DNA from: an uncultured bacterium
GTDB taxonomy: Bacteria > Omnitrophota > Gorgyraeia > Zapsychrales > Aceulaceae
Reading direction: 5' to 3'
NCBI GenBank assembly: GCA_937930175.1
Contig: CALGLP010000013.1
Span: forward strand, 75,764 to 139,763
DNA length: 64,000 bases
Made by a program: the position numbers and the translations under genes. The first letter of the stretch is position 1. The number at the start of each line of letters is the position of its first letter. The notes beneath the pieces are model-generated. The model saw nothing but the letters and a program-made list of their open reading frames with translations, was not told where the DNA came from and ran no database searches. Of the stretch, positions 57,016 to 64,000 are shown in pieces.

Positions 57016-57879
57016 ATGCGATTACGACGACCACCGTTGACGTTTCGCAAAGCCACTGTTGTCGGGATAGGGCTTTTGGGCGGCTCGATCGCCCTTGCGC
57101 TTAAGAAAAATCATTTGGCGCGAGAAGTTGTTGGTGTTTCAAGGCGGCAGGCCGCGCTTCATTTTGCCTTGAAGAACAAAATCATTGATCATGGGACAAG
57201 CGATGTGGTTAAGGCTGTTGAAAATGCTGACCTTGTCATTCTCGCAACGCCCATTCAAACGATTCTTTCGCTTTTGGTAAGCCTTGGAGGCCGCTTAAAG
57301 CGTGGATGTATCGTGACCGACGTGGGGAGTACCAAGACGAGTATTGTTTCTGCGGCGCAAAAACACTTGCCAGGGCATGTTTTTTTTGTGGGCGGTCATC
57401 CTTTGGCCGGGTCAGAAAAGAAAGGTGTTGAGTTTAGCGATGCAGGGTTGTTTGCGCAAAGTTTTTGTCTTTTGACCCCAACGGAGAAAACCAATAAAGA
57501 TGCCTTGGAAAAAGTCTCTGAGGTGTGGACCAGGATCGGTTGCACGCTTAAAACCGTTTCTCCTGATGAGCATGATTCGATTCTGGCTTTTACAAGTCAT
57601 GTTCCCCATATTTTGGCCTATGGGTTGATCGATGCGATTCCTGCGGATTTTATAACCTATGGCGCCAGTGGGCTTAAAGATACAACGCGGATTGCCTCTT
57701 CGAGTCCGCAATTATGGAATGATGTGTGTATGCAGAATTCCAAGAATATTTTAAAGAGTCTTGATGAGGTTATCAGGGTTTTATCGACGTATCGTAAGGC
57801 CATTACCGCCAGAGACGAAGGAACGCTTACCGAGGCCTTTAAGCGTGCCAAGGATAAAAGAGATACTCTCGAAAAATAA
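57016..57879 (+). CDS. tyrA: prephenate dehydrogenase
   Basis: Rossmann VVGIGLLGGSIALAL...PDH domain (GGHPLAGSEK). The ATG at 57016 follows the DAHP synthase stop. Confidence 0.8.
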   Translation: MRLRRPPLTFRKATVVGIGLLGGSIALALKKNHLAREVVGVSRRQAALHFALKNKIIDHGTSDVVKAVENADLVILATPIQTILSLLVSLGGRLKRGCIVTDVGSTKTSIVSAAQKHLPGHVFFVGGHPLAGSEKKGVEFSDAGLFAQSFCLLTPTEKTNKDALEKVSEVWTRIGCTLKTVSPDEHDSILAFTSHVPHILAYGLIDAIPADFITYGASGLKDTTRIASSSPQLWNDVCMQNSKNILKSLDEVIRVLSTYRKAITARDEGTLTEAFKRAKDKRDTLEK

Positions 57880-57880
57880 C

Positions 57881-58555
57881 ATGAAGAAGCCTGTGGTTAT
57901 TGCCATTGATGGGCCTGCGGGGGCTGGCAAAAGCACTGTTGCCAAGGAAGTCGCCAAGCGGCTAGGTTTTGTGTATTTGGACACCGGTGCGATGTATCGC
58001 TCGCTCACCTTAAAGGCGTTGCGTAACCGTGTTGATTTAAATGACGAGCCGCAGCTTGTTGATCTTGCGCGCAAAACAAATATCGATCTTCAGATGAGCG
58101 AATCGCATTGTCTTAAGGTTTTGTTAGATGGGGATGATGTTACTGAGGACATTCGCACCCCGGAGGTCACCAACAACACTTTTCATATTGCCCGGCTTGC
58201 TGGTGTTCGCGAGGTTATGGTCGAGCGACAGCGTCTGATTGGAGAGCAATCTAATGTTGTGGCGGAAGGTCGGGACATTGGAACGGTTGTTTTTCCTTGT
58301 GCGTATCGCAAATTTTATCTGGATGCTAATTTTGAAGAACGCGCCAAACGTCGCGTGAAAGAAATGCAAGCCAAGGGAGGCCTTGTTGAGGCTGTCCATG
58401 TTCAGAATGATCTCCAGGAGCGCGACACCAAAGATTTTACACGAAAAGTTGGACCGCTTAAAAAAGCCGATGATGCCATCGTGATTGACTCAACTCTCAT
58501 GTCTATCCCTGAAGTTGTCCAAGCGATTATTGATCGTATTGAACGCCATGAATAA
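57881..58555 (+). CDS. cmk: cytidylate kinase
   Basis: VIAIDGPAGAGKSTVAK...YLDTGAMYR. Confidence 0.9.
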   Translation: MKKPVVIAIDGPAGAGKSTVAKEVAKRLGFVYLDTGAMYRSLTLKALRNRVDLNDEPQLVDLARKTNIDLQMSESHCLKVLLDGDDVTEDIRTPEVTNNTFHIARLAGVREVMVERQRLIGEQSNVVAEGRDIGTVVFPCAYRKFYLDANFEERAKRRVKEMQAKGGLVEAVHVQNDLQERDTKDFTRKVGPLKKADDAIVIDSTLMSIPEVVQAIIDRIERHE

Positions 58556-60338
58556 ATCCCTGATTCGAAATTTTTCTATTATTGCACATATCGACCATGG
58601 CAAGTCAACTCTGGCGGATCGCCTGATGCTGCATACCGGTGCGATTGACGAGCGTAAGTTTCAAAATCAAGCCCTTGATGATATGGATTTGGAACGCGAG
58701 CGTGGTATTACGATTAAAGCCTCGGCTGTGCGCTTAACTTACAAAGCCAATGATGGGAAAGAATATATTCTTAATTTAATTGATACTCCTGGGCACGTTG
58801 ATTTTACCTATGAGGTGGAGAAATCACTGAAGGCCTGCGAAGGGGCCTTGCTTGTTGTGGACGCCTCCCAGGGTGTTGAGTCGCAGACGATTGGTAACTA
58901 TTATTTGGCCGTTGAAAATAATTTGGAAATTATTCCGGTGGTCAATAAAATTGACATCGCAAATATTGATTTGAATATTGTGAAAACAGAGCTCAAGGAC
59001 ATTTTTAGTTTTAAAGAAAAAGATATGATCTTTGCCTCGGCCAAAGCGGGACTGGGGATCAAAGATGTTTTAGAAAAGATCGTTGCGTTTATTCCAGCGC
59101 CGGAAGGGGAAGACGCGGCCCCAACGCAGGCTCTTATTTTTGATTCAAAATATGATAATTATAAAGGTGTGATCGTGTATGTGCGCGTGGTTAATGGGGT
59201 TTTGAAAGAAAACATGCGTATTAAGATGATGCACGGTAACAAGGAATTTACGATTGAAGAGATTGGTGTGTTTAAGCCCGAAGCAGAACGTGTACGTGAG
59301 CTCACCAGCGGTGAGGTTGGATATATTACTTGCAACATTCGTGAGCCGCGTGAAGTGAGCGTTGGTGACACGATCACGGACATGGCCAATCCCACGACGC
59401 AGGCCTTGGCAGGGTATCGGCAGCTTAAGCCGCTTGTCTTTGCAGGGGTTTATCCAGAGAACGCCAAAGATTTTATTCCTCTGCGTGAGGCGATGGGAAA
59501 GTTGCATTTAAATGATCCCAGTTTTGTTTATGAGCCTGAATCCTCACAATCGTTTGGCCATGGCTATCGGTGTGGCTTTTTAGGCCTTTTGCATATGGAA
59601 ATTGTTCAAGAGCGTCTTCAACGTGAATACAACCTTAATCTGATTTTGACCACCCCCAACGTCAGCTATCGCGTTGTGCTTCGTAACAATGAAGTCCTCG
59701 AGATTGAAAGCCCGATGGCTTTGCCGGATTGGACCTCAATTGCCAAAATTGAGGAGCCTTACCTGTCCGTGGCTATTTTTTCGCCAGTGACGATGATGGA
59801 TGCGATCATGGATTTGGCCAAATCTAAGCGTGGCATTTATCAAGAAAGCACGTATGTTTCAGATCGCATGAAGGTGGTTTTCGATATTCCGCTTTCGGAA
59901 GTGATTGTGGATTTTAACGATTGTGTCAAGTCCGCGACGAGGGGGTATGGTTCGATTGACTATGAATTTAAAGGTTTTTTTGCTACCGAGATCGTGAAGC
60001 TCGACATTCTGATCAATGATAAAATTTGTGATGCTTTTTCATGTCTTGTGCATAAAGAGCGTTCGTATGAAAAAGGTTTAAGCCTTGTTTCCAAACTCAA
60101 AGAACTTATTCCTCAGCAACTTTTTGAAGTTAGGATCCAGGCGTCATGCAATGGACGGATTATTTCAAGCGCACGCGTGAAGTCTGTTGGTAAAAATGTA
60201 ACGGCGAAATGCTATGGTGGGGATATTTCGCGCAAGCGTAAACTGTGGGAAAAACAAAAGGAAGGAAAGAAGCGTCTCAAACAAATTGGCCAGGTTGAAA
60301 TTCCTCAAGAGGCTTTTTTAGCGGTGTTAAAAATATGA
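58548..60338 (+). CDS. lepA: translation elongation factor 4
   Basis: IRNFSIIAHIDHGKSTLADR...DTPGHVDF and the LepA-specific C-terminal domain. The ATG at 58548 overlaps the cmk stop. Confidence 0.95.
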   Translation: MNKSLIRNFSIIAHIDHGKSTLADRLMLHTGAIDERKFQNQALDDMDLERERGITIKASAVRLTYKANDGKEYILNLIDTPGHVDFTYEVEKSLKACEGALLVVDASQGVESQTIGNYYLAVENNLEIIPVVNKIDIANIDLNIVKTELKDIFSFKEKDMIFASAKAGLGIKDVLEKIVAFIPAPEGEDAAPTQALIFDSKYDNYKGVIVYVRVVNGVLKENMRIKMMHGNKEFTIEEIGVFKPEAERVRELTSGEVGYITCNIREPREVSVGDTITDMANPTTQALAGYRQLKPLVFAGVYPENAKDFIPLREAMGKLHLNDPSFVYEPESSQSFGHGYRCGFLGLLHMEIVQERLQREYNLNLILTTPNVSYRVVLRNNEVLEIESPMALPDWTSIAKIEEPYLSVAIFSPVTMMDAIMDLAKSKRGIYQESTYVSDRMKVVFDIPLSEVIVDFNDCVKSATRGYGSIDYEFKGFFATEIVKLDILINDKICDAFSCLVHKERSYEKGLSLVSKLKELIPQQLFEVRIQASCNGRIISSARVKSVGKNVTAKCYGGDISRKRKLWEKQKEGKKRLKQIGQVEIPQEAFLAVLKI

Positions 60339-60922
60339 TGTGGAAACAATATTTTGAGAAAAATGCTGTGGCCCGTGAATGGATCGAATCGATTCTCGTT
60401 GCATTTATTTTAGCGATGGTTATTCGTACCTTTGGGATTCAGGCCTTTAAAATCCCCACCGGATCTATGCGCACGACGCTTCTTGAGGGAGATCGCATTC
60501 TTGTGAATAAAGTTAAATATGGCCCTCAAGTCCCTTGGACGCATTGGCGCCTACCTGGTTATGGCAAGCCTGAGCGTGGCGATATCATTGTTTTTCGATA
60601 TCCGGAGGACCCTAAGCGCGATTTTATTAAGCGTCTGATTGCGTTTCCAGGTGAGACTGTTGTCATTCGTGATGGTGGCATTTATGTTAATGGGAAGAAG
60701 ATTGAAGATCGAAAAATTCTTAATCAGTATTATTATAATCGCGGGGAGTATGGGGTTAAAGGACAGGCCGTCAAAGTGCCTGAAGGCTATTATTTTGTTT
60801 TAGGTGATAATAGTGCCTCAAGTATGGATAGTCGTTTTTGGGGATTTGTTCCTGAGTATTATTTAATTGGCAAGGCGGAAGTTATTTATTGGCCCCTTCA
60901 TCGTATCCGGATGATTCAATGA
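60335..60922 (+). CDS. lepB: signal peptidase I
   Basis: TM anchor, catalytic Ser box IPTGSMRTTL, Lys box VFRYPEDPKRDFIKRLIAFPG, GDNSASSMDSR. Confidence 0.85.
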   Translation: MMWKQYFEKNAVAREWIESILVAFILAMVIRTFGIQAFKIPTGSMRTTLLEGDRILVNKVKYGPQVPWTHWRLPGYGKPERGDIIVFRYPEDPKRDFIKRLIAFPGETVVIRDGGIYVNGKKIEDRKILNQYYYNRGEYGVKGQAVKVPEGYYFVLGDNSASSMDSRFWGFVPEYYLIGKAEVIYWPLHRIRMIQ

Positions 60923-61176
60923 TTAAGATTCTTGTTATTTTATTATGTATTTTTTTGCTGGGGTGCCAATCGACCATGCCTTATCAAAAGCAAGGTGAAG
61001 GTGCTTCGGGTAAGAGCGAAACACCCCAAGATGTGCGTCGCGCCATTGAGTCGGTCGCTGGAGCGGTTTCGCAAAGTCCGATACGGGTTAAATATTGTCC
61101 TGTGTGTGGGCGAAGATTTAGTCCCAGTATCGTGCAATGTCCATTTGATGGAGCTCAACTGAAAGAATTGGAATAG
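60919..61176 (+). CDS. small lipoprotein with a C-terminal zinc-ribbon-like Cys pair
   Basis: MIKILVILLCIFLLGC lipobox, then ...YCPVCGRRFSPSIVQCPFDG. 85 aa. Confidence 0.5.
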   Translation: MIKILVILLCIFLLGCQSTMPYQKQGEGASGKSETPQDVRRAIESVAGAVSQSPIRVKYCPVCGRRFSPSIVQCPFDGAQLKELE

Positions 61177-61180
61177 TGCT

Positions 61181-61741
61181 ATGCCTCTTAATATTGCTAA
61201 CATGATGACACTCATCAGAATGCTGTCCGTTCCGTTTTTCATTTCATCAATTGTGTATTATCATCTTGATGCGGATTATTTACGTTATGTGGCGTTAGGG
61301 ATTTTTTTGCTTGCGATTTGTACTGATGTGATTGACGGTTATGTGGCGCGGGCGTATCATCAGAAAACAAAGATTGGTGCGATTCTCGATCCCTTAGCTG
61401 ATAAATTTCTTTTGATGAGCGCATTTATTTGTCTTTATCATGTTCAAGAAATTACTGCTGCCATCGAGGTTCCGCTGTGGATCCTTTTGATCGTGATTAG
61501 CCGGGATGCTATTTTGTTGATCGCAGGTGCCGGCATTTACTTGACGCGCGGGAGCATTGACGTTGCCCCTTCTCGGATTGGGAGGGCGACTGCTTTTTTT
61601 CAAGTCGTTTCCATTGTGGCGGTGCTGTTGCATTTACCGTTTTTTCCTTGGCTTTGGTTTGTTGTTGGTGTGCTTTCGCTTGCTTCCGGATTAGATTATC
61701 TTCGAGCAGGTATTAAGGTGCTCAATGCTTCTTCTCATTAA
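61181..61741 (+). CDS. pgsA: CDP-alcohol phosphatidyltransferase (PgsA-like)
   Basis: DGYVARAYHQKTKIGAILDPLADK is the D-G-x2-A-R-x8-G-x3-D-x3-D motif. Confidence 0.8.
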   Translation: MPLNIANMMTLIRMLSVPFFISSIVYYHLDADYLRYVALGIFLLAICTDVIDGYVARAYHQKTKIGAILDPLADKFLLMSAFICLYHVQEITAAIEVPLWILLIVISRDAILLIAGAGIYLTRGSIDVAPSRIGRATAFFQVVSIVAVLLHLPFFPWLWFVVGVLSLASGLDYLRAGIKVLNASSH

Positions 61742-62363
61742 AATCGTTGGGGGGCTTTTTTTAGCATATTTTCTGGGTGCTATTCCAACGGCCTATCTTG
61801 CCGGACGATGGTGCAAGGGCATCGATATTCGCGAGCATGGATCAAAAAATGTTGGCGCAACCAATGTGTTTCGTGTTTTGGGTAAGGGGCCGGGGGTCAT
61901 TGTTCTTTTTATCGATATTTTGAAAGGTGTGCTTGCGGTTGTGGCGATTCCTTTTATTTTGGGGCTGCAGCCTATTATCTATTTTATCCTTTTTGGTCTT
62001 GCTGTTGTTTGCGGTCATAATTGGACGATTTTTCTGAAGTTTAAGGGAGGCAAAGGAGTTGCTACAAGCCTGGGAGTTTTGATCGGCCTTACGATGACGA
62101 TTGCTTCCATGCGGCTTATCGTTGTCTTATGTGTTCTGATTTGGCTAGGTGTATTTGTGGGTTTTGGTTATGTTTCCTTGGCTTCTATCGTGGCTGTTTT
62201 TTTCCTTCCGTTTTTGACCGTTCTTTTCGTTCAGCCTTTAGAGCTTGTGATCTTGGGTGTTCTTTTCTGCGCTTTGGTTGTCTGGCGTCATCGTCCTAAT
62301 ATCCACAGGCTTCTTCAGGGTCGAGAATCCCGCGTTCGCTTTCCTTTTCGTAAAACCGCATAA
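61725..62363 (+). CDS. plsY: glycerol-3-phosphate acyltransferase PlsY
   Basis: GSKNVGATNVFRVLG...FKGGKGVATS motifs. 212 aa. Confidence 0.9.
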   Translation: MLLLIKIVGGLFLAYFLGAIPTAYLAGRWCKGIDIREHGSKNVGATNVFRVLGKGPGVIVLFIDILKGVLAVVAIPFILGLQPIIYFILFGLAVVCGHNWTIFLKFKGGKGVATSLGVLIGLTMTIASMRLIVVLCVLIWLGVFVGFGYVSLASIVAVFFLPFLTVLFVQPLELVILGVLFCALVVWRHRPNIHRLLQGRESRVRFPFRKTA

Positions 62364-62831
62364 ATCTTTAGTATCTGATTTTTTATTCTTTGTCATGGCC
62401 TGCCTGCCGTGTAAGTAGGTGGGGGGTCCTTGCGCCCGCAAGCGATTGCTAACGTATCTTTGAGAGAAGCTTAGAAAACATTCTTGTTTTTTGGATACAT
62501 TCGCACCTGTGACTTGTGGTTACGATCGTTTCATAAATCACGTGTTTATTTAAAGGAAGCGCTTTCTTTTTCAGATTTTGACACCCCGCCTCTTTTTCTC
62601 AGATTTTCTCCGGTTATTTTCGACTATTTTCTTAGTGATTTTTTATGTTCTATTCATTTCCTCGTCGGAGAGTAAGTCTTATGGCTTCTTAGAGGGAAGC
62701 GTTTTCTTGCATGTTCCTAGAATGCCTCTTTTTGCCAAAAGGCGATGCTATACTTTCAGTAGATAAGAAGTTGGGAGCGGATTTTTGAGAAGCAATTGTT
62801 TTGATAGTCTCCACCAGCCATGGAGGAGCAC

Positions 62832-62878
62832 GGCTAAGCGCCTGAGGGTACCCATGAATACCCTTAGGCGGCTTGGCC
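62832..62878 (+). promoter_or_regulatory. long imperfect RNA hairpin with G-U pairs in the leader of the 62895 gene
   Basis: ggctaagcgcctgagggta-cccatgaa-tacccttaggcggcttggcc, about 19 bp with one bulge. It ends 8 nt before the AAAGGAAAG RBS. Confidence 0.35.
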
Positions 62879-62894
62879 AACAGAAAGGAAAGCG

Positions 62895-63233
62895 ATGCGA
62901 GAAATAGCTTTTAAAAATCTAACGTCAACAGCCAAGCGACGCAAGGTGATATCGCTTGTTGAGAAGACGCAAAAAGAAGGCTACCTGATCTCTTCGCAGA
63001 AATCAATCGTTTATATTGTCACGGCTGCAGGATCTCAGGTCCGAGACTTGTCCAAGCCTGAGTATCATATTTGCAAAAGCTATGATTCTAAAGAAAAGAT
63101 TGAAAAGTTTTCTCTTCGCGTGAAGGGGGCATCCTATCTTATTCAAGAGGGAACTCTTTTGAGAGTGGATTTTTGTCACTCGTTGCGCATTGATATTCGG
63201 CCGATGATATCCGCTGATACGCATTTGGCTTAA
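62895..63233 (+). CDS. hypothetical protein
   Basis: 112-aa ORF with an RBS and no family I recognise. Preceded by a 530-nt non-coding region. Confidence 0.45.
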   Translation: MREIAFKNLTSTAKRRKVISLVEKTQKEGYLISSQKSIVYIVTAAGSQVRDLSKPEYHICKSYDSKEKIEKFSLRVKGASYLIQEGTLLRVDFCHSLRIDIRPMISADTHLA

Positions 63234-63269
63234 TGTTTTTCCCCACCATAAAAAGAAAGGACTATGTCA

Positions 63270-64000
63270 TATGTTAAAGCACGCTACAAAGATTCTATGC
63301 GTTGTTGCCGCGTTCGCTATTTTGACCGGGGGCGTCTGTTCTTTGGCGAGCGCGCAAAAAGATCCTATCGACGGAACCATTGCTATTTCAGGATATATTA
63401 AAGATGGCAATGATCCTCTATCAGGCGTAACTATGAAGGCTAAGGATAGCACTGGTAATATTATTGCACAAACGACAAGTAGCCAGTATGGATTTTATTC
63501 GCTTGCGATATCAACAACATTTGCCAGTTTTATGGTCGTTCCCGCGAAGGAGGGATATTTTTTTAATCCGAGCATGCGCACTTATTCGAGTTCCGGCGGA
63601 AATAAAACTAACCAAAATTATGCCGTCACTTCACTTATCGAAAGTGCTACTCTTTTGGGGGTCAAAGATGCATCTGTTGATTGGGGTGATTTTGATAACG
63701 ATGGAAGGCTTGATCTGACGGTTATAGGACAAGAAGGGCAATCTGATAAATTCTGGACCATTTATTATAATAAAAGTACGGCTGTTCAGACGTCATTTAC
63801 GCTTGATCATATAATTACTGGGGACGTTCTTGTCCGAGGCAAAATCGCATGCCTCGATTACAATAATGACGGCAATTTAGATGTGATCATGACGGGTGAT
63901 GACGGGCCTTCGCCGTATCAAAATCATTATTGTGCAAGATTAAGGAAAAATACTGGAAACGGTTTATTTGTGGACGTTCAGTCTGATTTCTTTAGAATTT
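63270..64000 (+). CDS. secreted FG-GAP/VCBS-repeat protein, 5' partial (runs off the window)
   Basis: The ATG at 63270 opens a frame to the window end. Signal peptide MLKHATKILCVVAAFAILTGGVCSLASA. Carboxypeptidase-regulatory-like segment ISGYIKDGNDPLSGVTMKAKDSTGNIIAQTTSSQYGFYSL. FG-GAP motifs DWGDFDNDGRLDL and CLDYNNDGNLDVIM. Confidence 0.7.

Noticed and set aside
62364-62894. tmRNA, SRP RNA or 6S RNA in the long non-coding gap
   Set aside because: None of the conserved tmRNA ends (GGGGCUGAUUCUGGAUUCGAC...UCCACCA) or the SRP domain IV motif is present. Only a generic hairpin is visible, so it is reported as an unclassified structured element.
1-64000. CRISPR arrays, transposases, integrases, phage structural genes
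   Set aside because: No regularly spaced direct repeats and no recombinase or transposase-like ORFs were seen. The excisionase-family HTH at 27597 stands alone without an integrase.

Overview
This is a gene-dense bacterial chromosomal window, almost all on the + strand, of about 43% GC. It looks like an anaerobe: it has a ferredoxin-fused EtfA, EtfB and an acyl-CoA dehydrogenase. I saw no transposase, integrase or CRISPR array. The blocks, in order: (1) metF plus a secreted Gln/Met-rich protein. (2) A dTDP-deoxysugar/glycan locus with rfbA, rfbC, a GNAT acetyltransferase, rfbD, a DegT-family enzyme, two GT2 glycosyltransferases and a nitroreductase-fold protein. In the DegT enzyme the PLP lysine is replaced by histidine and a Cys cluster follows, which is the signature of E1/ColD-type sugar 3-dehydratases. 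(3) pgk, then a four-helix-bundle (23S-IVS-type) gene cassette flanked by inverted repeats, then tpiA, secG, an Opp/Dpp-type ABC peptide transporter, a polytopic TPR membrane protein and glgC. (4) On the minus strand, a 1032-aa secreted FG-GAP beta-propeller adhesin with five tandem roughly 95-aa modules, followed by bcd, etfB and Fd-etfA. (5) An AT-rich 530-bp intergenic region, then an excisionase-type HTH gene, an orphan ACP and smc. (6) A complete type IV pilus locus: PilZ, PilB, PilC, pilin, a PilM-PilN fusion, PilO, PilP, PilQ, a 793-aa giant pilin-like protein, a minor pilin and a PilX-like protein. (7) A CvpA-family gene, a Nif3-family gene, dnaG, rpoD, tRNA-Met(CAU), tRNA-Val(CAC), a COG1579 zinc-ribbon protein, an RNase HI-like protein and RNase P RNA (rnpB), whose 5' end overlaps the RNase H ORF. 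(8) yebC, ruvC, ruvA, scpB, pheA, hisC, DAHP synthase, tyrA, cmk, lepA, lepB, pgsA and plsY. (9) A 530-nt non-coding region, a hypothetical gene and the start of a second FG-GAP protein. The most interesting candidates are the E1-like Fe-S/His dehydratase inside the rml-type locus, the four-helix-bundle cassette between pgk and tpiA, the pilus locus with its giant pilin, and the RNase H/rnpB overlap.
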